A stretch of DNA of 51,514 nt, from NCBI GenBank assembly GCA_002633005.1, contig NMRA01000130.1, positions 836,094-887,607 on the forward strand, given 5' to 3'. Position 1 is the first letter of the stretch; every line of letters begins with the position of its first letter. The notes beneath the pieces were generated by a model. That model was not told the DNA's origin, ran no database searches, and saw only the letters and a list, made by a program, of their open reading frames with translations. The translations under genes were made by a program, and so were the position numbers. Positions 1 through 13,359 of the stretch are shown piece after piece. Source of the stretch: Phoronis australis (taxonomy: Eukaryota > Animalia > Phoronida).

Positions 1-590
1 CTCAGGTGACAATTCATCACATATCCTCCAATGACAAGCCTGTATGGCTCAGGTGACAATTCATCACATATCCTCCAATGACAAGCCTGTATGGCTCAGG
101 TGACAATTCATCACATATCCTACAATGACAAGCCCTTATGGCTCCGATGATAATTCGTTACACGTCCTTCAATGACAAGCCTGTAGGCATGCGTGCACCC
201 AGCCTTCAATATGGGGGGCTCGAATTCCTGACTTTGTGGACCTTTTGGTAACCAAAAATTTGGCGGACTAAAAAAGAAAAAAAAAACGGGAGCACCACTG
301 TGAATTACGCGTTTGCGCATGTTTAATGGACTTAGGCCTCATTTTCTCGGACTTTTTGTCTCTCAGAAGTGGACCTTTTTGCCCACTTCGCCAGATGAGG
401 GTCTCGAACGAGCTCCTCGAGCCCCCACTGGGTGCGCGCATGGTAGGTCTCAGATCAAAATTCATCACACAGCATTCAATGGCAAGCCCGTATCGTATGG
501 CTTACATAGATGACAGTTCATCACATCTCCTCCAATGACAAATCCGTATGGCTTATTCAGATGACAATTCATCACTGGCATATCCTGCAA
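1..590. repeat. 47-bp minisatellite array, interrupted by a MITE at 188-442
   Basis: Unit CTCAGGTGACAATTCATCACATATCCTCCAATGACAAGCCTGTATGG at 1-47 and 48-94, near-identical at 95-141. Diverged copies at 142-187 and ~449-590. Confidence 0.92.
188..442. mobile_element. MITE with 15-bp TIRs and 5-bp TSD (hAT5-like)
   Basis: CATGCGTGCACCCAG (188-202) and CTGGGTGCGCGCATG (428-442) match 14/15 as an inverted repeat. GTAGG is directly repeated at 183-187 and 443-447. Confidence 0.85.
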
Positions 591-1172
591 TGAGTCCAAC
601 CCGTATAATTTGTCAGGTATGTTATCCAAGGGAAAGTCCGAATACCCGTGGCACCTTCTTGTCTCTAAACGAGGCCCTAACATCGGTTTGATAAATGCCT
701 GCAAGAGTTAAGGGCGTAACTATGTAGTCGTGACGTGTTTAATTATAAATTGCTTGATCGTAATTGGGTTAAAGTTAGCCGGTAGGCTACTCTAACACTT
801 TCTGTGGGCCGCAGAACACTTACAGTCGTGTACCACATAAGTTGAGGCTTTACTGGAGTTTTTTGTGGAGAAGTCTGCGCACAGTGTATATTCGTAAGAT
901 GTCAGTTAAGGACCAGGGTTGGAACTCCCGAAAGTAAAGTAACACAGTTTACCCTCTCGTGCTTCAATACTGGCATCGAGTGCCCGAACTGAAACCAGGA
1001 AACCAAGTAAGTCAATGTACACATCGTTGTCGACGTATTATTTTTGCCATAGGTAGAAGTTTGTTGTTGAAAATTACGTGTCTTACATGTAGTTGGCGTC
1101 CATTTCCTAGTAAAGTAGGGCAATTTTTGTGAGTCAATCATGTATTTTCCAAAAGAAACCCCTGGTCATATC

Positions 1173-1330
1173 CAGGGGCGGATCCAGGATTTTGAGTTAG
1201 GAGGGGCCAGGGCAGAGTATTAGCCAGGATTTTGCCCGCGTGACATTCGCACCCCCGAACTGCGAAATGGAATCTGGGAGAATTTTAGGGGGGCCATGAC
1301 CCCCTTTGCCCCCCTCTAAATCCGCCTCTG
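1173..1330 (+). mobile_element. MITE, CAGGGGCGGATCCAG family, 5-bp TSD
   Basis: Termini CAGGGGCGGATCCAG ... CTAAATCCGCCTCTG. Flanks ATATC/GTATC (4/5). Alignable along its length to 34563-34718 and to the partial copy at 51480-51514. Confidence 0.88.
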
Positions 1331-4099
1331 GTATCAACTGAGAATAATCCCTCCTTGTAAACACCAACCACGCTTTTCTGTAGATAGGCATGTCTGCAGA
1401 AAACTTCAACTACACTCTCTAAACGGTTAATAAGTACAACGCATTTCAAAAGTCTTTACAGTGGACTGTAACTGACAGCGCGCAAAGTAGAAAAACCACC
1501 TACGGTGATGTGCCTCTACGTGTTTTTGGGCAATAGTCTGATACAAAGTGCCCGTATTTTGAGAACCAGTTTGATACCTGTTATTAAGTGGGGCACGTTA
1601 TATCAGACATTTCCTTATGTGGTACACGGGAAAAGGGTTCATCGAATATGGTTTTGAGCCGGACAGACACAACTCACTCGCCTGAATAGTTTTTTCTTCT
1701 GGAAAATTCTAATGAATTTCAAATAGGACGAGTGTGAACCAGCAGACACAACACTTTGTTGTTAAAAAGGAGATCCGAAACAACATTTCTGAAGCGAATT
1801 GCTAGCTGTTTGTGGCTATTGAAAAATCAGGTGGTGTCATTTTCTTATACAATTACGAAACTAGTACACTTGTGAAGGACCCAGCAGGAGCTCAATTTGG
1901 AACGTGAGTTAAACGAAGGGGCTACCCAACCTGGTACAGTTCAGTAACGCTAGGATGTACGCTTGGACATTGCTAAAAATTCTGGTCAAAATCACGTCTT
2001 CTCATTTAAAATACATGTACAGTGTACATGTACATGGCAATATTTGAAGTAGTCTCGCAGTCTTGCTTTTAGCGAGGTACTAGCGTTACTGTAATATACC
2101 CTGGTCTGAAAATGCAAAATGTCTGGGAGTGACGTTGTGAAAATATTTTATTTCAACCGCTTGCCTCAAAGAATACAGTGAAAATATCGTCAGTCACGAA
2201 CTAACAAAAAATATTTGACCGTGGGAGCCAACACTGAAATAATTTATCAACGTACAGAAAAACAACGGGTGTTGCCATGAAAAATGGCATCAGTTCAATC
2301 CACCGGGCCGAGACATGTTAGCCATCAGAAGTAAAAATCCTACATATTGGTTTGACCAACTCAGTCTTGCAGATTCGACTCTCTGTTTACAGTATAAGTG
2401 TCATAGTCCACGTTTAATTACTGTCAGTTCCTTGCCTTTGTCCATGTCTTGATCTTCTCATAAATAAACCCTCTGTCGTAACAGAGCTCGGTTCTTTTTT
2501 CTGATACATCACTCAGAACAGTCGGCCCATTAACCAGTTTCTTGCATCTTGTTTCCGCATTCACTTATTATGTAATTTCACAGAGCTGACACGTGACCGA
2601 GTGGCTGAATGCCTATTGGTCATAACATGAATCAGTCACTTTCACTGAGCAGATATTTTCACTGAGCAGACAAGTAATTGAGTGAGCGATTTCCTCTTGG
2701 TCACAAAATGAACCGATCACGGTATTTTCTACTTAAAGTGAATGAAGAAACAAAGTGAGGGAAAATCATCGTTGAGCCGACTGCGTCACTTATCGTTCAA
2801 GAAAATAAAAAAAAAATAGCATAGCTATCTAGACTTATGGAATCAACAAAGCAATTCACACATAGAAAAAAACATAAAAATTTTCAACCACCTAATGAAC
2901 CTCTAGTCAATTAGTGCTTTCGAGACTAGACTTGAGTAATAATAAGGCGATTAGTTCAGCATTAGATGAGATGCATTCTGCCACGCGTCAGTTTCCCCGG
3001 CGTTATCTGTAGGACATTTGCTGTGGGGTCCGCAAGATTTTTTTTATCACGGGGGAGACTGAATATTGCTGCAGAGGCAAAGGGCATCCTGCGTTCTAGA
3101 CGCATTTTTGATCACGACTCGAATGTAAGCATGTCGCTGTAAACGCCACTTGACACATATTTCAGACACAAACCAGAAAATTGCATTCTGTTACCCGACA
3201 TCTAAACGATGAGGGCGTAGGAAGTAAGTGAACAAACTAATGTGGATGTCCTCGTGAGAAAAATAATGCACACATTACAATTGAACTTAAGCTGGCTTCT
3301 GCGTGTAGCCTACATGTACACGCACAAGTGCGTTCGAATATCCAGACTCGTCTTCTCTGATGAAGCCAATAAAGACGAATCCATACGTTTTGTGCTGTGA
3401 AAGAGAATAGGATTCGGTTAGCTTCTTTTACAAATATTTATTTTGTTTAGCATGCTACTAGATAATCGATGGCTAATCCTTACAGAGTGCGTTGATGCGA
3501 CGGACTAAAGCCACCGTGAGGTGTTGGTCGATACCAGGTGAAAGAGCGGGGAATACCTGGGGGTTAGAGCATGCGCGTAGGTATCAAAATATCGATTTAG
3601 GTTAGAATACCTGTTTTGAAAATGTCGAATTTACCTATCACGTCTTATTGGTTTGCACTCGTGAAACAAAAGAAGATACCGACCAAAGCATAATTAATTA
3701 ATCCGATGTGAAAGCTGATGTTTCGCTTGCAGACTATAGCTGATGGCAAACTAGTGGTGATATCGCAGGAAATCCTGCGTGAACACGTGAAGAGGCTGGG
3801 TGGCATGGGAAGAGGCAGAGAGATAAGGAATCAGTTGCTCTGCGGATATCTCTAGCACAACACAGATTGCACGTCGGTTTGTTCGCGCGGTGTAAGGCGT
3901 TGTACTGGAGTACTGTGTGAAGTTGAGAGTTCTTATTACTGCCACTGCGAGGATTACAACGGTTCTAGCCATCGTAAGGACACTTCCAGGTGCTGCAACA
4001 TGGTGGCTTGGGCAAGGACTTTCTCTGTCGCACATGATAAACACAATCTTTGTCGTAGTAAACCATTATATCGCAGTTTTTGGTGAAGGGAGCAATGAT

Positions 4100-4133
4100 A
4101 TGAGTCTTCTCCATGTCGCCTTTATAGTAAATG
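4100..4133 (+). CDS. qvr: quiver/sleepless-like Ly6 protein, probable coding exon 1 (first half of signal peptide)
   Basis: The ATG at 4100 gives MSLLHVAFIVN plus one G, then a perfect GTAAGT donor at 4134 (phase 1). Joined to 30960 it gives a continuous signal peptide, MSLLHVAFIVNVVLVGYILCFGAG. The link across 26.8 kb is inferred. An in-frame upstream ATG lies at 4034. Confidence 0.6.
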
Positions 4134-5795
4134 GTAAGTGTGCTGTACCTAATGGTAAGTATAACTAAGAGTAAGTATGTTGTAACTAGTTGTATGGCTA
4201 TTCAATAATTATACTGATAATCTTCAATAGCGACAATTTCACAAAAAGCGATACAAGTAAGGGTCGTAACATCGTATTTGACCACGAGTCGCATCTGAAG
4301 TTACACAACTCTATTGGCGGCATCAGTCGACTCTAAATAATACAAAATATTGTTGCCACTACGCTGTAACCGTGGTTAGTATTAGCGTAACCATTGTCGA
4401 CAAAATAAATAAACGAGCACTTAACGGTCTTACCCGTTACATAGAATTCTGAGCAAGGCGCAGATCCAAACAGCTTGCACAGCATGCGTGCCATCGCGCG
4501 TGCGCAAAATTGCTTTTTAATAAGTTGAAGTTGGAGAGGAACCTGACGACCAGTAATGTTTTATTTTTTATGCAAATTTGCAGCAGAACTGTACAATAGT
4601 ACTGAAATTCCTAAATTTAATTTAATTCATAATAGCAACTCGTCAGGGAATGACTACGACTTCTAGAGACGTGGTTTCGAAAAGCTGTACTGTGTCAATC
4701 GTTGGTATACGTTTTTGTGAATTATTGTCTTTAAGCGCTTGTAAAATGTACACGTACAGTAGGTCTCCCTACCGATTTTCTATTAGCTAAGACCAGTTCA
4801 AAGCCTGGGAAAATATGTTATGACACTAAGTAAGCCTTTCTGGAAATGCCACAGAATGTACATGACAGTGCAAAATAAGGTGTCGAAAGTGAGTACATTG
4901 TCCCTAGTCGCTTTAAATGGTGTTGCCTATGAGTTGTCTCCGCCTCACGAAAGACGATCAATCTAGTCATAGCATATCAACTGCCGTAAGTTTGCTTTGT
5001 AGCTGCTCTTTTAATCTCATTACGAAAAGAGGTCAACTTAACTTCCAGTCGCAACGTTTCATTCTCATAAACTGCCACGCAGCACCGCGTTTGCATCTGT
5101 CTTAACTACCAGTGACTGGGAGCACGACTTCTGATTGTTTGGAGCGGTTCATCAACGTGTTTGAGTGGCTGTAACCGATGTAGACGTCATGTCTACTGCC
5201 CAACGTTGACACACGCTGTCTGTGTTCCAGCCTCTCATCTCCCATAGATCTGGACAGTGACCACCGTCTTTAGCTTGCAAGTGGGCCCTAGACCACTATT
5301 TCGTGTCGGCGTGTAGTTCAATTAGAAACAGTGGTCACTGTCTACCAGAGATCCTGGCCTTGGGCCTTATGAGTCGGTAACATTACAATTAGTACAAGCT
5401 GCATGCATGTGAGCATGGTTTTTTACGTTATCTTTGCTAAAGTAGCACACGTAACTACCCACCTGTGCTCATCTAGCGGTGACTTAATACCATAGTTAAA
5501 TGCCCGCAATTAAAGTGGTGTTGAACTCGAAAAATAGTCAAAAATATCCTTTAAACAATTCCTGGCGAAAGCATCGTCTCGCAACGTCTAGCACTCAGTA
5601 ATTCACTTTCCCTTGTAATGTAATTTCCAGAAAAAAACACAAAATTCATAAGTTTTGAAATACTCGCGAAGGCAAAACTCTGTGGTTACCCCACTTATGA
5701 TAAATATGCGAATGTGCCCACTTTCAGTTGATTGAAGTCGCTTGAGGTCAAAGTTTACATTTTCCATGACACGGAAATGTGCTACGTCTATGTCT

Positions 5796-5951
5796 TACCG
5801 GTGTAGTGGTAAAATTCGAGGTAAGTAGGCGCCAAAAGCTCACCGTATCCCTTTGAGCACTGAACGTAACTTACGGAGAGTAGGCGCCACGTTCAAATGC
5901 CAAAAGGTGGTTGGCTGCGCCTACGTGCGCCTACGCCCCACTATAGCACTG
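5796..5951 (+). mobile_element. hAT-like MITE, copy 1 (left end decayed)
   Basis: Alignable to 14220-14375 along its length. Right terminus is CCACTATAGCACTG. Confidence 0.8.
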
Positions 5952-6397
5952 CTGTCCCCATTTTCAACCCGATTTGTTACGACTGTTGCGTACAACTGAC
6001 TTACTCAACGTCTTTCATATTAACAAGTAACATTTAAAACAAATCTTTTTCAAATGTTTAATTATTGCAATGGAAGACACGGAAAGTAAGGAATAGTACT
6101 TTCTATCAACGCATGTTGCTATGTAAGGCATGGCCTCTTATTTTGATTAGCCATTTCATCAATTCAGGAAGCACATAATAATAATTACTTGCGCATAAAG
6201 CTGCATGCGCGTTAACTAAAAGGACATTTTAGGCATTACAGTCGAACACGCATTTTAGGGTAATTGTTTAGATGGGAAAGACTTGCTGGAACTAAGCTGG
6301 CTTGGACCAGGGTCATAAAACATCAAAATCCGTTGTATCCTGAATTTATCGCCAATTCTCGCCGTTGTCCGACAAACATTCGCTTAAATCAAGTTGG

Positions 6398-6600
6398 GTG
6401 GTGATAATGATGAACAACGTGATGACGATGATGATGACGAAGATAATGATGATGATGATGATGATGATGGTGATGATAGTGGTGGTGGTGGTGGTGATGG
6501 CGGTGGCGGTGACGATGACTGTGACGATGACGATGGCGATGGCGATGGTGATGATAATGATGATGATGATGACGGTAATTATGGCGATGACGATGGTCAT
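6398..6600. repeat. Compound trinucleotide microsatellite (GAT/GAC/GGT/GGC)n
   Basis: Direct reading. It explains the poly-D/G, poly-M/V and poly-I/T ORFs in three frames. Confidence 0.95.
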
Positions 6601-7810
6601 ATTGACAATTTGTAAGATCAGATCCTGTCTCAAAGTATTTCAGATATTGATCAAATTATTCAGGGCCGGGTTCTAGCATTTTAATCAGTTCAACACAGCT
6701 GGCTACAAAACACAAGGTGTGTTATTTTAAATCATGGTACTTTGACGGACTTTGCAATCATCATTTATTAGCTATGTTGTCGTGCAGGTCACAAACTAAC
6801 CTCACCAAACCGTATTATTACTCAATCGTTTCAATCTACCGGTTCAACCGGGGGGGGGGGGGGGGNCAAATGACGCGACTTTGGGAGAGGTGCCTTCAAA
6901 AATAGGATTTTTTGGATTTCATGGGCAAACTTAATGATAATTTTGAAAACTGCAACAGCTTTTTGGCGATATCATCTTAAACACTTATATTAAAGAAAAT
7001 TTGATCAAGTTATCGATGCCATTGTTTGGCTGTGAATGTAAGTTTTTGCTGAGAAGACATGGTCACGTGACCCACTCAATGGCAGTTAGTATGGAGTCGC
7101 AAATTCAATTTAATTCAATGCAGACAAATACATGTCTAAACTTTTATTGAGTTCACTTTTATAATTTTACAGATATTTGCCTGAGTGGCGCACATTTGCC
7201 GATAAAGAGCTATGATAACATTAATCCAATTCTAGTAGGAATCCAATGCGGCTCTTCTAAGTAACGAAAAACAATTGTTTAACGTTTAAAAACTGAGTCG
7301 CAGCTTAGATTTCGTATTCTCGCAGCAATCTCTTATTACGTTATGAACATTCCCAAACATTTAACAGTCCTACGAAGACTGCCGTGCTGGTCAACAGCGG
7401 CATGTGGCTGTTAACACAAAGTCACTAATCCTCGTGAGGTTGATTATAGATGTTACCAAGGATGGTTGTGGTTTAAAATGAAATTATAGGTTACGGTTGC
7501 TAGATACTAAGCAATCATTGACGTTAGCCTAATACTTACAGGTAGACGATTTAGAAGTGATAGTGCAAATTAAAGGTGCGTGGTGATTGTGGAACTTATA
7601 GGCTGCAGTGTGGTATCGTTATTAAATTGCTCACTCTTGGAAATATGCCACAACTCGCCCAAGCAACAACTTGCACCTCACCAAAATTCCTTCAAAACAT
7701 TGATGCTGTCACTTTCTTGTTACCAGGACTTTATATCCGTGTAAGCAGACCTTCTACAAAAGGCTTCATGAAACTGATGCATTAAATCAAAAACTGTTTT
7801 GAATTTGGTC

Positions 7811-7881
7811 AGGAACCATACTGAATCTCCATCTGCCGGTGTGTCAGGGAATCATAATGAATCTCCATCTACCGGTGTGTC
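7811..7881. repeat. Two-copy 36-bp tandem repeat
   Basis: GAATCTCCATCT(G/A)CCGGTGTGTC occurs twice, 36 bp apart. Confidence 0.8.
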
Positions 7882-8556
7882 TATTACAAAAGTCAAGATT
7901 TTCGTGAGTGCGTTCAGATGCATGCACTATTTACTTACGGTAATATCTCTAGAAAATTTGAGTGATCTTGCCAAACTGTCAAGGGGTTATACAGGTGCAC
8001 TCCCGTTCATATTAAAGCATAACTTGAATATATAATTTCTCTCGGAAACAAGTTACTGTACAAAAGTAGTCTTACACTGCTTCTTACTCAGGTGACGGAG
8101 GATTTTCGGGTTATTGACAGTTTGTTTTTTTCTACAGACGTATCTCTTAAAACTTTAGTTCACAGTGTGACTCTGAAATCCCAAAGGTGTCAAAGGTTGA
8201 CGAAGGACAGCTACGAGCTATTTTCAGAATCGAAGATGTGTCGCAAAGTTGTTACAGACAACGGGCACTCCGTAGACGACACGTTTAATTAGGGAGTTTT
8301 GGCTGCACGATTTACGCCAGCGTGAACGCGTGATGTCAAGGGATTTTAACACACTTACCACGGATGCATCCGCGTAGCAGGCACTGTTGTTCGCAGTAAG
8401 TGTGCCTAATGTTGCTGAAGTTCTGGTTCGATGGTGATTTAGAGTGTTTTGTGTTGTAAGTTTTTCCGGTCAGTGATAAAAGTGCGTTTACACCCGCTTA
8501 GTTTGGGCTGTAATAGATTTCTGCGGTCAATATTTTAAAATAGCCGCAATAATCTG

Positions 8557-11500
8557 AGACCGAGAGCTATCTCAAGCTTATGAGAGTGCACCGGTATGCA
8601 CGCAATATTTAAGGCAATTCAAACCAACCCTGCTTAGAATCCCTTGCGTAAGAATCAAGATGGGGTTCCTGAATAGTAGTTATAGTTGAAATTGTTAAAA
8701 CCTGTTACGTGCACTACAGTGAGATATCAATTACTTTGGGACCCGTAGTTTTTATTATTACCGCACTTGTGTAGTAGCGCTTTCTTAGGCAAAAGACGTG
8801 TTGTCAACATCAAGCACCATTTGAAGAAAAACAACTTTACATGTTACGAATGGGGGACTACTACTGACAACTTCTGAACATGCTGTGGCGTACTGAACAG
8901 ACGTACTGTAAGTTTCATCGTCATCTGTACGGTAGGAAGGTATATGTATAACTCTAAAGCTCAACTTAAGAAAAAAGACATTCTTATGAGCTTTCCCAGC
9001 ACCCGTACTAATGCAACGTAAACTGTGCATTTTCTATCATAATTAAACTCTCAAGCCTGCCAACAACATGGGGGTCGATCTGAATTGTCGCTGTTAAGGA
9101 ATCGACTGTACTCGTGTAAGCCTTTCAATCACGTGACTTTGCCGATAATCACACCGTCACCTCAACGTACTGTTAACTGCCTAACGTTTTCTTTAAGTTT
9201 ATTAAGAAAAAATTAATATTCAATAATTGCTATAAAGCCCCGAAAGCACTATAAAGCACCATATGACGAAATCGTCACGTGATTACAAAATGTCTCAGTT
9301 TGCAATCTCCGGAGTTTGAGTGAAAATCGACTAATAGTTGATGACTCAGGATAACCCGATGCTAAATAAACCCATTGGTCAATAGTCTATTTTTCACAGC
9401 AAAACTCCCAAGTGCTAATTTCCAGTGATTGTCGGCCCGCAATGTTCCAATGTCGACTGATGTTTGTTTGACCCGACTTATTGCTTTTATTCCTAGAATC
9501 AAAAATCAAATTTTAGACACAAGTTGCAAGTAAACTTGCATCGCGCGTTTTTAAGTTTATAAACGGAACCCAAAATGACAATTTTAACAATTTTATCTGA
9601 TGCATTCAATTGACGAAGTTGGCAGCACGAGCATTCGTGACATCTATTGACGGTCTGCAAAAACGTTTAGTTGGCTTAAAAATTATCCACGTCGCACCTG
9701 CAGTTGTGCGACATTGTTACTCAAGAATTTCCTTTAACACGAAGCATCAGACTAATGGAACGTGGTTTAACGTTTCTTGCGTAGTGATATCTATGAACCT
9801 ATGTCTGCGCCATCAACATGAAGGGGTTACATATACCTCTATCTAATGTTCAAGGCTATCAATTCAAACCAGTTGAATAAATAAAACAACTTATTGAGTA
9901 ATAAGAACACGAATCTCTTTGTTTGTCTTTGAGTTTCATCAATTCATGGCTAACAAAGGTTTTTTTATTAAAATAATTCACAAATAATTTCTTCTACCGG
10001 AAGTGTGTTCATAAAAACGCGTGATGTTGTTATTATATGCAGTAACACAGCCTGAGGTCCAGATCGTGTGCCATCCTGGAATCCAGAACGAGGCTAGGGT
10101 GGTCAGTTGGCAGAGATTCCATTTACATTCTGTTTTATTCTCCAGAACTAAACATTCTCACAGTTTATGAGATGTTACACTGGCAATAGGCATCGTACGT
10201 ACGAGTCCAAACGTGAGCACGGGCAGGCGAATTTCTAAAACGTCAATAACCAGTTTTGGAATCGCCTCTGATGTCGAATGAATTTAATGACTTGCGTCAT
10301 GTGATAACAGCGAAGTCTCTGCGCTAAACTGTATACTTCAAAGCGACTTTAGCAGGGAACACGATAAACACACGTTGCGATTTTGAGAATGACATAAAAG
10401 TAGATATAGTGTTTTGTCTATACTATATGTATCTGCTTTTACAGTATATGTACGTGTACAATTGCAATTAAAGGAGCGCTGCTTCGCCACAATGTTTATT
10501 ACTGCAAAACAGCTTATTTCTATAAAACTGTAATGCGATTAAAATTACGCACGACGATTTTAGCACCAGAAAGCAAATTAACTCATAAACTGGAGTACAC
10601 GTTAGCATCCATTATTTCCTGTTCATGAAAAATTAGCTTGGTCGTCGCTTTGAACACTTTCAACGGCAAATTTAGTACGAATCCCTACTTCCCAGTGCCA
10701 ATTAATTCTGAGGAAAATCATAAAATCCGGCTCATTTACTAAAACAACTCTAAAATCATTGTTTGTCAACTTATTTCAATGAAACTTAAGTAAGTTGTTC
10801 AAGACCCAACATCGCTTAAAAGTCTGTAACAAGNAGACCGAGAGCTATCTCAAGCTTATGAGAGTGCACCGGTATGCACGCAATCTTTGAAGGCAATTCA
10901 AACCAACCCTGCTTAGAATCCCTTGCGTAAGAATCAAGATGGGGTTCCTGAATAGTAGTTATAGTTGAAATTGTTAAAACATGTTACGTGCTCTACAGTG
11001 GGATATCAATTACTTTGGGACCCGTAGTTTTTATTATTACCGCACTTGTGTAGTAGCGCTTTCTTAGGCAAAAGACGTGTTGTCAACATCAAGCACCATT
11101 TGAAGAAAAACAACTTTACATTGTTACGAATGGGGGACTACTACTGACAACTTCTGAACATGCTGTGGCGTACTGAACAGACGTACTGTAAGTTTCATCG
11201 TCATCTGTACGGTAGGAAGATATATGTATAACTCTAAAGCTCAACTTAAGAAAAAAGACATTCTTATGAGCTTTCCCAGCACCTGTACTAATGCAACATA
11301 AACTGTGCATTTTCTATCATAATTAAACTCTCAAGCCTGCCAACAACATGGGGGTCGGTCTGAATTGTCGCTGTTAAGGAATCGACTGTACTCGTGTAAG
11401 CCTTTCAATCACGTGACTTTGCCGATAATCACACCGTCACCTCAACGTACTGTTAACTGCCTAACGTTTGCTTTAAGTTTATTAAGAAAAAATTAATATT

Positions 11501-13112
11501 CAATAATTGCTATAAAGCCCCGAAAGCACTATAAAGCACCACATGACGAAATCGTCACGTGATTACAAAATGTCTCAGTTTGCAATCTCCGGAGTTTGAG
11601 TGAAAATCGACTAATAGTTGATGACTCAGGATAACCCGATGCTAAATAAACCCATTGGTCAATAGTCTATTTTTCACAGCAAAACGCCCAAGTGCTAATT
11701 TCCAGTGACTGTCGGCCCGCAATGTTCCAATGTCGACTGATGTTTGTTTGGCCCGACTTATTGCTTTTATTCCTAGAATCAAAAATCAAATTTTAGACAC
11801 AAGTTGCAAGTAAACTTGCATCGCGCTTTTTAAGTTTATAAACGGAACCCAAAATGACAATTTTAACAATTTTATCTGATGCATTCAATTGACGGAGTTG
11901 GCAGCACGAGCATTCGTGACATCTATTGGTGGTCTGTAAAAACGTTTAGTTGGCTCAAAAATTATCCACGTCGCACCTGCAGTTGTGCGACATTGTTACT
12001 CAAGAATTTCCTTTAACACGAAGCATCATACTAATGGAACGTGGTGCAACGTTTCTTGCGTAGTGATATTTATGAACCTATGTCTGCGCCATCAACATGA
12101 AGGGGTTACATATACCTCTATCTAATGTTCAAGGCTATCAATTCAAACCAGTTGAATAAACAAAACAACTTATTGAGTAATAAGAACACGAATCTCTTTG
12201 TTTGTCTTTGAGTTTCATCAATTCATGGCTAACAAAGGTTTTTTTATTAAAATAATTCACAAATAATTTCTTCTACCGGAAGTGTGTTCATAAAAACGCG
12301 TGATGTTGTTATTATATGCAGTAACACAGCCTGAGGTCCAGATCGTGTGCCATCCTGGAATCCAGAACGAGGCTAGGGTGGTCAGTTGGCAGAGATTCCA
12401 TTTACATTCTGTTTTATTCTCCAGAACTAAACATTCTCACAGTTTATGAGATGTTACACTGGCAATAGGCATCGTACGTACGAGTCCAAACGTGAGCACG
12501 GGCAGGCGAATTTCTAAAACGTCAATAACCAGTTTTGGAATCGCCTCTGATGTCGAATGAATTTAATGACTTGCGTCATGTGATAACAGCGAAGTCTCTG
12601 CGCTAAACTGTATACTTCAAAGCGACTTTAGCAGGGAACACGATAAACACACGTTGCGATTTTGAGAATGACATAAAAGTAGATATAGTGTTTTGTCTAT
12701 ACTATATGTATCTGCTTTTACAGTATATGTACGTGTACAATTGCAATTAAAGGAGCGCTGCTTCGCCACAATGTTTATTACTGCAAAACAGCTTATTTCT
12801 ATAAAACTGTAATGCGATTAAAATTACGCACGACGATTTTAGCACCAGAAAGCAAATTAACTCATAAACTGGAGTACACGTTAGCATCCATTATTTCCTG
12901 TTCATGAAAAATTAGCTTGGTCGTCGCTTTGAACACTTTCAACGGCAAATTTAGTACGAATCCCTACTTCCCAGTGCCAATTAATTCTGAGGAAAATCAT
13001 AAAATCCGGCTCATTTACTAAAACAACTCTAAAATCATTGTTTGTCAACTTATTTCAATGAAACTTAAGTAAGTTGTTCAAGACCCAACATCGCTTAAAA
13101 GTCTGTAACAAG
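8557..13112. repeat. ~2.28 kb direct tandem duplication (8557-10833 and 10835-13112) separated by one N
   Basis: Both copies start AGACCGAGAGCTATCTCAAG and end GTCTGTAACAAG, with an N at 10834. Scattered SNPs and 1-bp indels lie in the first ~1.3 kb; the rest looks identical. Confidence 0.95.
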
Positions 13113-13330
13113 GTCAACAAAATTATGCAATTGACCATGACCTTCACGTTTACTAAAACATCCAACTGTCAAGAAACTTTCAGCAGATGTTCAGGACACA
13201 ATAATTTGTAAAATAATTCAAGTGCTAAAATTCAAGTATCTATACAAATGACTTTGAATTTGACCTTTGCGTTTACTAAAGCATCCATGAAGTTTTCTTT
13301 TCAATCCAATTGTCAATAATCTTCCAAAAG
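13113..13330. repeat. Decayed TGACC-motif repeat with an internal ~123-bp period (Helitron/Helentron-associated type)
   Basis: TGACCTTCACGTTTACTAAAACATCC (~13138) recurs as TGACCTTTGCGTTTACTAAAGCATCC (13261). The family assignment is inference only. Confidence 0.4.
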
Positions 13331-13359
13331 TTGATCAACGTACAATTAAGTTTAATTTT

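Noticed and set aside
1-187. Regular repeats resembling a CRISPR array
   Set aside because: The units are contiguous with no unique spacers, there are no cas genes, and the context is eukaryotic.
3355-3386. CTGATGAAGCC...GACGAATC, hammerhead-like
   Set aside because: GAAA is replaced by GAAT, stem II pairs poorly, and there are no helices I/III.
6346-6676. Asp/Gly-rich, Met-rich and Ile-rich ORFs (possible acidic biomineral protein)
   Set aside because: They are explained by a trinucleotide microsatellite open in several frames, and I found no splice or signal-peptide support.
8785-11310. Duplicated small ORFs (MHSL...) as paralogous genes
   Set aside because: They are a by-product of the tandem duplication; one is frameshifted and neither has a recognisable domain.
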